NCBI GenBank assembly: GCA_001600815.1
Contig: BCKZ01000001.1
Span: forward strand, 540,613 to 604,612
DNA: 64,000 nt
Source of the DNA: Alloascoidea hylecoeti
Lineage: Eukaryota
Direction: 5' to 3'
Positions within the stretch are counted from its first letter, which is position 1; the number at the start of each line of letters is the position of its first letter. Below are positions 1 to 10,470 of the stretch, one piece after another. The translations under genes and the position numbers were made by a program. Below the pieces are notes generated by a model. It was not told the origin of the DNA. It saw only the letters and a program-made list of their open reading frames with translations, and searched no databases.

Positions 1-1954
1 GATCATTGATCACAGAATCACAAATATTAAATTTCAGAAAAAGAGGCGACTTTAAAAGAACATTATTTTATATACAGTTATTATTTCAAACTTGATAAGA
101 TCTCGGGTGAAATTTTTGGTATAAATGAAATGGAGTTGAAGCCATCGTGATGCATTTATTGAAAAATGACATCAGTTACTCTTCTGCTTAATCTTGTATC
201 CTTGTTTTTAATTTGGTCAGATCAACTCACTTTAAATGCATTTCTATGATGTAGTGGGATGATCACGTTCTCTTTTAAGGGAATAAAAGAAATAAAACAC
301 ATTCCAGTGCATGTTGTCCGACCAATAATTAGTTTCAAAACCTGTTGAAATCCATTAATTAATGGTAATAGATCGAAAAATAACAAAAAAGCTTATAGAA
401 GTAAATAATTATTATTACATAAACTATTAATGGTGAAACTTTCCAGTTGCAATGTAAATTTATAATTTTCATAGGTAGTCTACAATTATATGCATTAACC
501 CAATTACAATTTCAAATTATTTCAATTTATACTTACTAATGTTACTTTTTAACTACAGATATATATAGCTATGTTTTTCTTATAATAATCTTATCCCTTT
601 AAAATGTCTTCTTATGCTATTTAAATGAAGGCAATACATGTAGGAAGATTTTCTATCACTTATCAAGCTAAATCTAGACTCATATCTTTAGGTTTCAATG
701 CAAAAGTTGCTTAGAGCACTGGTCTCAGACTTTCATAGTAACCAAATTTAAATGGTTATCTAACACATTGACTAGATGATATAAAAATGTTCTAGATTAT
801 GACGACCTGAGAAAAGTTTTATGTTCCATACATATAAAACAACACAACAGAATCGAAGTTTTAGATCAAATTTAGGTTATCCCTTGCTTTAGCCTTATTT
901 ACTGTAGTGATTCACAAGTTACAATTAATCTAACTTAGAGTATTCATGCCCTAAGCTTGTAAGGAATTTAAATATGGTATGAATTCATCTAGTTCCAAAC
1001 AACAAAAGAATATATATAAGAAGAGACAACAATTTGTTGTGATCGATTCCACTCATTTGGCACAACATCCAAAGACCCAAACGGTATGAAGATCTGCTCA
1101 CAGCATCCTCAGATGAAGTTTGAGACGGTGAGCGTAAAAATAAAATAAAACGATAATTATTATAAGTATAGAGCGGTTATAATCTGAGCTCAATGAGGAT
1201 TTCTACTTTTATTTCTCACTGGGCCTATTTTATTGCCTTCTCATTCAGGAAAATGCTCATATAAACGGCGAAATTGCTTATGAGATTGATGATTCTATGG
1301 TTGTTGTCGTCTTCAGTTAAATTTCAAATCCAAAATTATAACTAGAAAAATAAGATCATTAACCATTCTTTGGAAAGATATTTATTAACCTTTTAATCAC
1401 CTTCAACGAAAAAAAGTGTTCTTCAACTAGTTATAATTAAGTCAATTATACTCTCAACTAGTTATGCCTAGCAAAATAGATTAGATATAAAACTATTGCG
1501 ATAGGCTTAATTATGAATGTACTGCAACTAGCTGTAATATTAATCTGTTTTTGTTTTAACATCCCTTTATCCGCAATTCGATCTCGGTAAAGACAGCAAA
1601 AACCCGAATAGGTCGTTCCGTGCGGATGCTGTTGATGAAAAATAAGTGAGAAAGGATTCTTTTGATGAATTTTGGGAGTAACACCAGCTTTTAGAACACT
1701 ATATAACCCCTAGAAAAGTTCCAAGCAACCTCTATTTTATATATATAACCGTTATTTTTGTTAACTGTTAAGGAAACATTAACGTTGATTATTTTTGTCC
1801 GTTAAATTTGAGTTGATTCGTAAGCATCTATTCACTCACCCCACATTGGTGCGTTTATATTTGGTGGGGAAGGTTGTATTTCACAAGCAAACCTTTAAAT
1901 ATCTACTTAAGATTAAATTTTCAACGGTTTAAGAAACGTTACATCGTCTGTATA

Positions 1955-3423
1955 ATGGCTTTGTATACAGACCTGAAATTGAACAAACAAAAGACAGATA
2001 ATGGTACTCAGCTAACACCAACAAATAATACCTGCGATCCTGGACATCTTGATACACTGTTAGTACCACAAATCACTCACAAGACAAGTTTGGAATCTTC
2101 AGAAGCACAAAGATCTCCTAATCAAATAAGTGTTGTCACGCCGCACAAAATAGATAAACAGTCTTTGGAATACATACTGAAAGGAGGTTTAGCAGGTGGC
2201 GTAGCTGGTTGTGCTGTAAGTTTTACTTTAAATTTGGTTTATGAATAAATAATTGATGCCATAGGACAGGGCTGATCTTGTTGATCACCTCTTGACCGTA
2301 CTTCACATATATATTTATCTCTTTTTGCTATTCGGAAAAGAATATAATATGTATCTATATGCTAACCAGCTAATAGGCAAAAACATTAATTGCTCCACTA
2401 GATCGGATAAAAATACTTTTTCAGACACAAAATCCTGACTTTAAGAAATTCTCTGGTTCATTTAAGGGTCTTTTCCAAGCAGGCAACCATATTAAACAAA
2501 CAGATGGTCTAATCGGGCTATTTCAAGGTCATTCAGCAACATTACTTCGAGTATTTCCTTATGCTGCTATAAAATATATTTCTTATGAACAAATAAAATC
2601 AATACTAATACCAAGTGAAGAATATGATACCCAAATACGGCGTGGACTATCAGGTTCATTAAGTGGTGTTCTAAGTGTTTTTTTCACTTACCCTTTAGAT
2701 TTACTTCGAGTTCGACTGGCTTATGAAACAAAATCGACTTTTCAATTGAATAAAGAGGGTAAAGTTCAGCATAATGATCATTACCACAAAGGAGGAAGAT
2801 TAGTTCAAACTGTATGGAAAATCCTAGCAGAAACTCCACCCACAAGTATACACGATCCATTATTAATTAGAGTATCAAGGAAAATCTTACCAGAGTCATT
2901 GAACAGAATTAGTAACTTTTACAGAGGATTTACCCTTACTATTATAGGTATATTACCTTATGCTGGAGTTGCATTCTGGGCACATGATTTAGTTCAAGAT
3001 TTCTTTAGATTACCTATGTTAGCTAAATATGCTGTTTTATCATCATATGACATAAGTGCAATTGGTGATGTCGAGGATGGAGATGAGATCACTTCTCCAG
3101 GGAGAATACAACCAACAGTAATGAAAAGAAAACAGCCTTTGAATTTTTGGGCGGAATGGATATCTGGTGCAATTGCTGGTCTAGTTTCTCAAACTGCCTC
3201 TTATCCATTTGAAGTAACACGACGTCACATGCAAGTGGGTGGTGTAAGCAATGGGGGAAAATATGTAAGTGCTTGGAAAATTGCTGCGAATATATGGAAT
3301 AATCAAGGGTATAAAGGTTTTTTTGTTGGATTAACTATTGGATATTTGAAAGTTGTTCCAATGGTTGCAACATCATTTTTTGTTTATGAAAGAATGAAGT
3401 ATTATCTTCGTATTTATGATTGA
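1955..3423 (+). CDS. LEU5: Mitochondrial carrier, coenzyme A transporter (Leu5/SLC25A16 type); join(1955..2215,2377..3423)
   Basis: GGLAGGVAGCA|AKTLIAPLDRIKILFQ is restored by removing a GTAAGT(2216)...GCTAAC...TAG(2376) intron. Three Px[DE]xx[KR] carrier signatures are present (PLDRIK, PLDLLR, PFEVTR), plus Leu5-type GHSATLLRVFPYAAIK and GFFVGLTIGYLKVVP. Confidence 0.9.
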
Positions 3424-3570
3424 TTAATTATGATCACTTCACATTTATAAATTGTGAATCATACAGTTGATTGATATATAACAATTTTAGGTGATTGTAT
3501 AAGATAATTTAGGACAAAAAGAAGATGTTTTGCATTTAATTTCTACTATATATGTACTTTATAACATCAA

Positions 3571-3590
3571 TATATATATATATATATATA
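3571..3590. repeat. (TA)10 microsatellite between the convergent LEU5 and MFS genes
   Basis: Read directly from the sequence. Confidence 0.9.
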
Positions 3591-3961
3591 CTATACCATA
3601 GTTTATATTCTAATAATTTTATCAACATTGCAATACCGTTGGCAATATAATGACTGAATATATCTGTATATTATCGGAATGCAACTGCAATGAAAATAGG
3701 TAATTGCAAGGTCAAAAATACAATATTCCAAAGGCCGTACATATAAATTCAAGATCACACAAGATCGGTGGCCCTATAAACAACTTAGTTATATATTATA
3801 TCAGTTGGAGTCTGGAGATAATAGCAATATTAATTATATTAATTATATATATCACAACTTCAAGCTATATTTCAACATCAATATATAAGATACAAAAAGA
3901 GACATTAGTAGTATAGCTAATTATGTATTAATTAAACGAAAAGCATTTTTTTTTGATGGGT

Positions 3962-5491
3962 CTATATCTTATTCATGAAATTGTCAACATATTGTAATCG
4001 TTTTCTTCCCAATTTTACATCCATAATTTGACAGATAACTGCAGCAATTATGCTAAGTCCCAGGATTGCAACCATCACCATATTACTATTTCTATAAAGA
4101 TGACTAGAGTCTCCTTTCCAGCCAGAATAAAGAGCATAAGTAGTCATCACCGATCCTAAGTTACCTAAACCAGATACTAGGGCGGCGCTACTGGCAGCAC
4201 CAACATCACCATACAATGGCGCATAAATTGCTGAAGCCCAAGTCATGCATATCGGAACTGTAGGGCCAAGGCCGAACCCACAGATTAATAGTCCACCATA
4301 TCTAGACCAAGAGCCCGGTGCGTAAGTAGCAACACAAAGTCCAACAATAATAATAATGCAGCCAAGTATAAAGAAAATAGATCTATATTTCTTATATTTA
4401 TCTGAAAATGGAGTGATCATTAAAATACCAGCAAAATCAAACAACCAAATTGGCGCATACAATAAAGAGAGATCTATATCAGATAAAGATGGGTTATTCA
4501 CCGCAATGATAGTTGTTGCAAAAACAGCTAATCCATATCCAGTACCAACAACTCCAAAATACATAATAATTATAGGCCAAATTCTTATATCAATAATAAT
4601 TGGAGTTAAATCCTTCCAGCTCCACTGTATATTTTTATAGCGATTAGTTATATCCTTCATGTGGATAGCATGCTCTTCGGGGGTTAATGGCTGTGATGGG
4701 GTTACAGTAAGCTTCTTCCAATATTGGTGAATAACACCTCCTTTATTTTTATCATCTAAGGTATCCGCAGTAGTAGGACGATCTGGCAACCACCAAAGCA
4801 AAGTAAAGCCTACACAGATACAAACACACCCGTAAACGAGAAACATCCATTGATACCCATAATATCCTCTTTGACCGTCCATTTTTTGGAACCCTGCGGC
4901 AACAAGGCCAGCAACAGCATATGCCAATTGAGCAGCTGTATAATAATATCCAATCCTCTTTGCCGTTCTGTCTGATGGATACCATAATGTAATATAATAT
5001 GTCATGCCAGGCCAGCATCCAGCACCAGCGATACCGGTGAATAATCTAATTGCGATCAAACCTTTACCATCGACCAATGCAGTGTAGCAAGCATATATAA
5101 ATCCAACCGAAATAACAATTCTACTTAGCCATTTCTGTGGAGGGAGTCTTGTCATAGCTAAATTCATAGGAAGATCAAATATAATGAACCCAACATAGTC
5201 CAAAGCACTTGCTGTGGACAGTTGATGCGCCGTAAGATTTAGATTTTGTTTCATAGAATGACCAACACTAGCATTCATTGTTAATGAGTTACCATATGAT
5301 GCACCACCGAATGAAGTCATAAAGTATAAAGTCCAAAGAGCTGGAATAATTCTCCTGTCCAATTTTTTGTATATGGCATCAAGGACGTGAGGATCAACAG
5401 CTTCATCATCCGAAACGTTGACAGTTTCTGGATCGTTCATGTTCTTTGACTGCAAAGAATTTGGTGTAGAGTCAGACAATTCTAATTCCAT
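3962..5491 (-). CDS. MFS transporter, anion:cation symporter / allantoate permease (Dal5/Tna1-like) family; substrate unknown
   Basis: 509-aa ORF with KKLDRRIIP, YYITLWYP...AKRIG, GYYGYQWMFLVYG and WLPDRP motifs and about 12 hydrophobic segments. Confidence 0.85.
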   Translation of the reverse strand: MELELSDSTPNSLQSKNMNDPETVNVSDDEAVDPHVLDAIYKKLDRRIIPALWTLYFMTSFGGASYGNSLTMNASVGHSMKQNLNLTAHQLSTASALDYVGFIIFDLPMNLAMTRLPPQKWLSRIVISVGFIYACYTALVDGKGLIAIRLFTGIAGAGCWPGMTYYITLWYPSDRTAKRIGYYYTAAQLAYAVAGLVAAGFQKMDGQRGYYGYQWMFLVYGCVCICVGFTLLWWLPDRPTTADTLDDKNKGGVIHQYWKKLTVTPSQPLTPEEHAIHMKDITNRYKNIQWSWKDLTPIIIDIRIWPIIIMYFGVVGTGYGLAVFATTIIAVNNPSLSDIDLSLLYAPIWLFDFAGILMITPFSDKYKKYRSIFFILGCIIIIVGLCVATYAPGSWSRYGGLLICGFGLGPTVPICMTWASAIYAPLYGDVGAASSAALVSGLGNLGSVMTTYALYSGWKGDSSHLYRNSNMVMVAILGLSIIAAVICQIMDVKLGRKRLQYVDNFMNKI

Positions 5492-5587
5492 CTTTGATTA
5501 ATAAGATAAACAAATGCTGAGGGCTAAATGAAAAAAATGAAGAGTGGAAATGTTGCTTCTTTTATAGTTGAAGTTTCTTGTGTAGGG

Positions 5588-5938
5588 TGACTCGTACTTG
5601 TGCCTATTCTTAATATTTCAAAATGACTACTCAATAAGGTATATGATTGTGAGTCATTTGAGTCATCTGTCTGATGAGCCTATGTATGATTGGATGGAAA
5701 TTTGAATTGTGCAGTGACCAAGATATCCGGTGTCCACCAATAAAACTCAATAATTTTGCAAACCCACATAAATTGAGCATAAATTAAGCCTTCAGCTGCA
5801 TCTTTTACAATTTACATTCCGATAAAAAGCGATCAATCAATATTAAAGTTGGACTCAACAGTTAAGCTGGACTCAACAGATCCGACGGTGAGACATGACT
5901 CAAGAATTACACTGAACTTTAACCTAGCTCATGACTCA
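5588..5938. promoter_or_regulatory. Cluster of Gcn4/AP-1-type TGA(C/G)TCA sites upstream of the MFS transporter
   Basis: TGAGTCA at 5650 and 5659, TGACTCA at 5896 and 5932 (another at 6389), TGACTC at 5588, GGACTCA at 5851 and 5869. Confidence 0.7.
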
Positions 5939-8116
5939 AGCTAAGTTGTATGGAAAATTCCAAATTATACCAAAAATAATAATAATACAACATTGAAGAT
6001 CATATTGCCTTAACTAGTTATTTATGCGTTTATAGCAACTTATGCACTTATATTTACACATATACATAATTTTTTCTAGACAAAAGAGTCGAGTTAATTA
6101 ATTCCTCTCCATTTGGTTTCGATTATCACCTTTTTATAATAGCTGGCGCTAGCTATATCTATATTTTATATTTTACATTTCACAATCCAACACCACCCCA
6201 AATTATAGGAAAAATACCAATATGAAATTATATTTTAGCGACAATTGCAACATAATTATTAGTTTAGTTCTTTTATAAACTACTAATATTTATTTATATA
6301 GGGAATGATATAAAATAATTTTTGCTCTATAAAAAAACTACGTGAGACAGATAGAATCTATCTATTCTCTATGTTAAAGTGTGAAGAATGACTCAACCTT
6401 AAACAGTGATAAACACGTATATAAATAAATCGTTTGTGTATTCCTGCTAATTAATTACTTATTACTTTAATCAAAATTTATCAAAATATATTATACCAAA
6501 AATGTTAGGAAAAGCTTGAGGTATTAATTGGAACTTAGTTATATCTATATAATTACCTTATACGGTATATCTAGAATATATATTACAATTGTTTGAGAAC
6601 CTTCATATACATGTATTATTATTATTACAATGACTTATAAGTTAAAATAAACATCAGTATCAATATAGTATACGTATAAATTTGTGATCATGGTAAAGGT
6701 TGGGGTAAAATACAAAGTTTTCATTTTGGGTATAAACTATTCATACATACATGTATAAGCTGTAGCGTATGCATTAAACTATACATCTCCAACTTACAGG
6801 TATACTCTTCAGAGCGGCAAACCATAGTAATTATATAATATATATTACGAAAAATTTGACGAAGATAAACACCATCTCATAATAGCGCGAACTAACCCCC
6901 TTATAATCATGGTAAGTGATACGTAAGTAAGTTGCCTAAAATAGCAGAGACTATATAAATCTCCAGCTTTATAGAAAGAATTCCTCTGTATTAAGTTATA
7001 GCATATCTCATTGTATACGTATAAAGCGAAATGGAATCTAGACTTTTAATTTCTTTATGTTGTTCGAAATTTTCTGAGCCATTCATGTGAGAAATACCAG
7101 CTTGCTCTCGCTCAAAACTAGGGTATACCCATTGTCCCAGGCCACCGATACGCAGAAACGCAAAATCTAAATCATTTTTAAAAAAAATTTGACAAAATTA
7201 TTTACTGTCTATATAAAACGTAGATATCTTTAGTGAGACACAGGAGAATCTGATGGCTATTTTTTTATATATTTTAGAAGTCTTCTTCGCATAATTGACC
7301 ATTTCCACGACTTCATTAATGTTAAGAATAAATACATTCTCGGAATCCCCCTCACATCTTCAGTAACTCTAGAAATAGCTCATTCAAGTTTCCAGTGGAT
7401 TCAGTGCTTTGAAAAGCGCTGGCACATCTATGATAGTATGAATTAGCGTCGACAGGACTGCAGCTAGTAGATCTAGATGAGCAGCCTTTTCATCAGAAGT
7501 CGGATTTTATTCCACAAAATAGGCCAACTACCTCAGTTAGTAGCTAGTGAATCCTTGGTATACGTAATACGTATGTAATAGACGTATTTTCAATCGGTTT
7601 AGCTGTGTTCTTTCCATCACTGCACTTCTTCAAGACTTCTTCTAGATTGATTAGTTTTTTAAAAAGAGAGAAAGCATGTTTTTCGGACGTCAATTCCGTA
7701 CCGAGATAGCTGACTTCTTTAAAATACATGATGTTTCCATGCCAGTTTTGAAATATACTAATTAGATTCACTTCTTTTATGATAGGGAACTAATTTTGTT
7801 CGGAGGTCTGGCATTTGCTCCTAATAAGGTAATTATCAGTTTATTTATATCAAAACAATTTCATGGAAATTCACATGACAAGCTTTGCAATAGTCGTAAA
7901 AGAAGAAGACAACAAAATAAAGTTGATCTGAGTATCCTAAAATATAGTAAACAGTGATTTTTAAAAGAAATTTAATGTGGTTAAGATTCAATTTATATAC
8001 TTACATGTAGGTAGTGTCAGAAAACATCTGGACAAAGTTACAGCGAGGTGTCACATGATTCAAAACTTCCCATCATCAATATGAAACTAGGGAAGCACCT
8101 TTAATAGAACAAACAT

Positions 8117-10194
8117 ATGGCCAACATGAGCCGCTATACTTCTACACAACAAATACTGGGGAAGGAGACATTTGATGCATTGAGAAATGTGAGTTTGATT
8201 GCAAAGAAGATTATATATTTTTTTCTATTATCTCTAATGTGGTTTTATAGGCAAAAGTTTTGATGGTTGGAAGTGGTGGTATTGGTTGTGAATTACTAAA
8301 AAATCTTATTCTAATGGGTTATGGTGAAATCCACATTGTAAGTTACGCGCCATTTTATTTTCGAGGATTACACAAACATACTAATGAATTAAAGGTTGAT
8401 TTGGATACAATTGATTTATCAAATTTAAATCGACAATTTTTATTTGGACGCGAAGATATTAAGAAACCAAAATCAACAGTCGCCGTCAAAGCTGTTGAAC
8501 CATTCAATGCCAACTCATCTAAGCTGGTGGCTCATCATGGGAATGTAATGGATACCGAGTTGTTTGACTTATCATGGTTCTCACAGTTTTCTATCATTTT
8601 TAATGCGTTGGATAATTTGGAAGCAAGAGCATATATTAATAAAATTGTACTTACGTTAGCAATACCTTTGATTGAAACGGGGACCATGGGATTTAATGGA
8701 CAAGTTCAAGTTATTTTACCAGGCAAATCTGAATGTTTTGACTGTAATCCAAAACAGAAACCAAAATCATTCCCGGTTTGTACTATTAGATCTACCCCCT
8801 CACAACCTGTACATTGTGTTGCTTGGGCTAAGAGTTTTCTTTTTAATCAACTTTTTGGGCCTCCAGAAGATATAACAGAGGAGAAACAAGAGGACGAAGA
8901 TGACCCTGATAAACGAAAAGAATTGGAGAACCAGAAACGCGAGTCTAATGAATTGAAGCAATTACGTGATTTATTATTGGATTCTAAGGATGCCAATAAT
9001 TTATTTGAAAAAGTCGCAGCAAAGATATTTGTTGATGATATTAAAAGACTTTTAACACTGGATACACTATGGAAATTCAGAGAGGCACCAAAAATTATTA
9101 ATTTGGAGCAGGAGGTTTTTTCAAAATTTGAAAATCTTAATCGTAAAGAAGTATTAGCTTCGATATCAAAGATTTGGTCTCTGGAGGAAAATTTTCTTGT
9201 TTTAAAAGACTCAATTGAAAGGCTTCAGGCACGCGTTTTATCGACGTATTCAAAAACCAATGAGATTCCTGAGTTAGAATTTGATAAGGATGATCAAGAT
9301 ACTTTAGATTTCGTTGTGGCTGCAGCTAATATAAGATGTTATATATTTCATATCACTGTTAAATCTGCCTTTGATGTTAAACAGATCGCTGGGAATATTA
9401 TACCTGCAATTGCCACAACAAATGCCATCATTGCAGGTTTTGCAGCAATGCAATCCATTAAGATTTTACCTTTGAAGGGGCAGAATGAAGAAGAGAGTAA
9501 AGCCAACAGTACAGGATGGACTTTTCTGAAACGACTGGATAACTCATTAATTTCATCATCAAGATTGCATCCTAGAAATCCACATTGCCCATCGTGCTTC
9601 AATATATCTAGAGCTGTTGTAAAGATAAACCCCTTAAAACTTACTTTAAAGACTCTTATCAATGATTTATTTATTTCTAAATGGGGGTTTACAGAAGAAC
9701 TATCAATCATCAAGGAATCTAATTTAATTTATGATGTTGACTTTGATGATAATATTGATAAAACAGCATCAGAGTTGGGATTTAAAGATTCTTCTTTCAT
9801 TGTTCTCATGGATGATGATGGTGTTAAAGTTAATGTGGAAGTATTTTTTGATATAAGTCTCAAAGATGGATATAAAGACTTTGCAACAATAATTAATGAT
9901 ATTCCAGATAAAATCACAATTCCCGAAGAGGAAGCAGAGGAAGAAGGAGAAGTTGTCCAATCAACCACCAAGCCGGTACAGGTTGACTCGAATGGGATTA
10001 TCTCTCTTGAACTCGATAGTGAAGTGACAAGTCCAACCGAAGGGAAACGCAAACTAGAGATTCAGGGCGAGGATACTCTTTCTACAGAATCGCCTTCCAA
10101 GAAGATTAAGTTGAATGACTCGGATGGCAACTCTGTTCCTATAGATACCATCACATTGGAAGACGAGGATGATGGAGCAATAGTCATAGATTAA
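8117..10194 (+). CDS. UBA2: SUMO-activating enzyme E1 subunit 2; join(8117..8188,8251..8337,8395..10194)
   Basis: VGSGGIGCELLKNL, DLDTIDLSNLNRQFLF, catalytic FPVCTIRSTPSQPVHC, FDKDD and IAGNIIPAIATTNA. Introns are GTGAGT..TAG (8189-8250) and GTAAGT..TACTAAT..AAG (8338-8394). The start could instead be the ATG at 8126. Confidence 0.95.
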
Positions 10195-10470
10195 TCATTG
10201 TTAACTAACTTATTGGAAACAATCTTGTCAAATTAGTATAATTACGAACAGTATGCATGCATCTATAAATCCAAATACTTCGTATAGCTGTATAATCAGT
10301 GTAGATAAATATAGAACATCAAGACAGCATGGAAATATGCCATAATCTAGTATTTTTAGGGTCTTTCTTCAGGGGTCCAGGTTTACATGCATTGCCATTT
10401 AACACCCGAACACCTATATACTTTACCTCTTCTTGGTCCTTCTCCAAAAAACTTCATACAATTCCAAGAA

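Noticed and set aside
1874..3423. Apparent split or frameshifted genes (LEU5; likewise the peroxidase, MUS81, DJP1, MTR10, UBX7)
   Set aside because: All are resolved by spliceosomal introns that restore conserved sequence, so they are neither pseudogenes nor programmed frameshifts.
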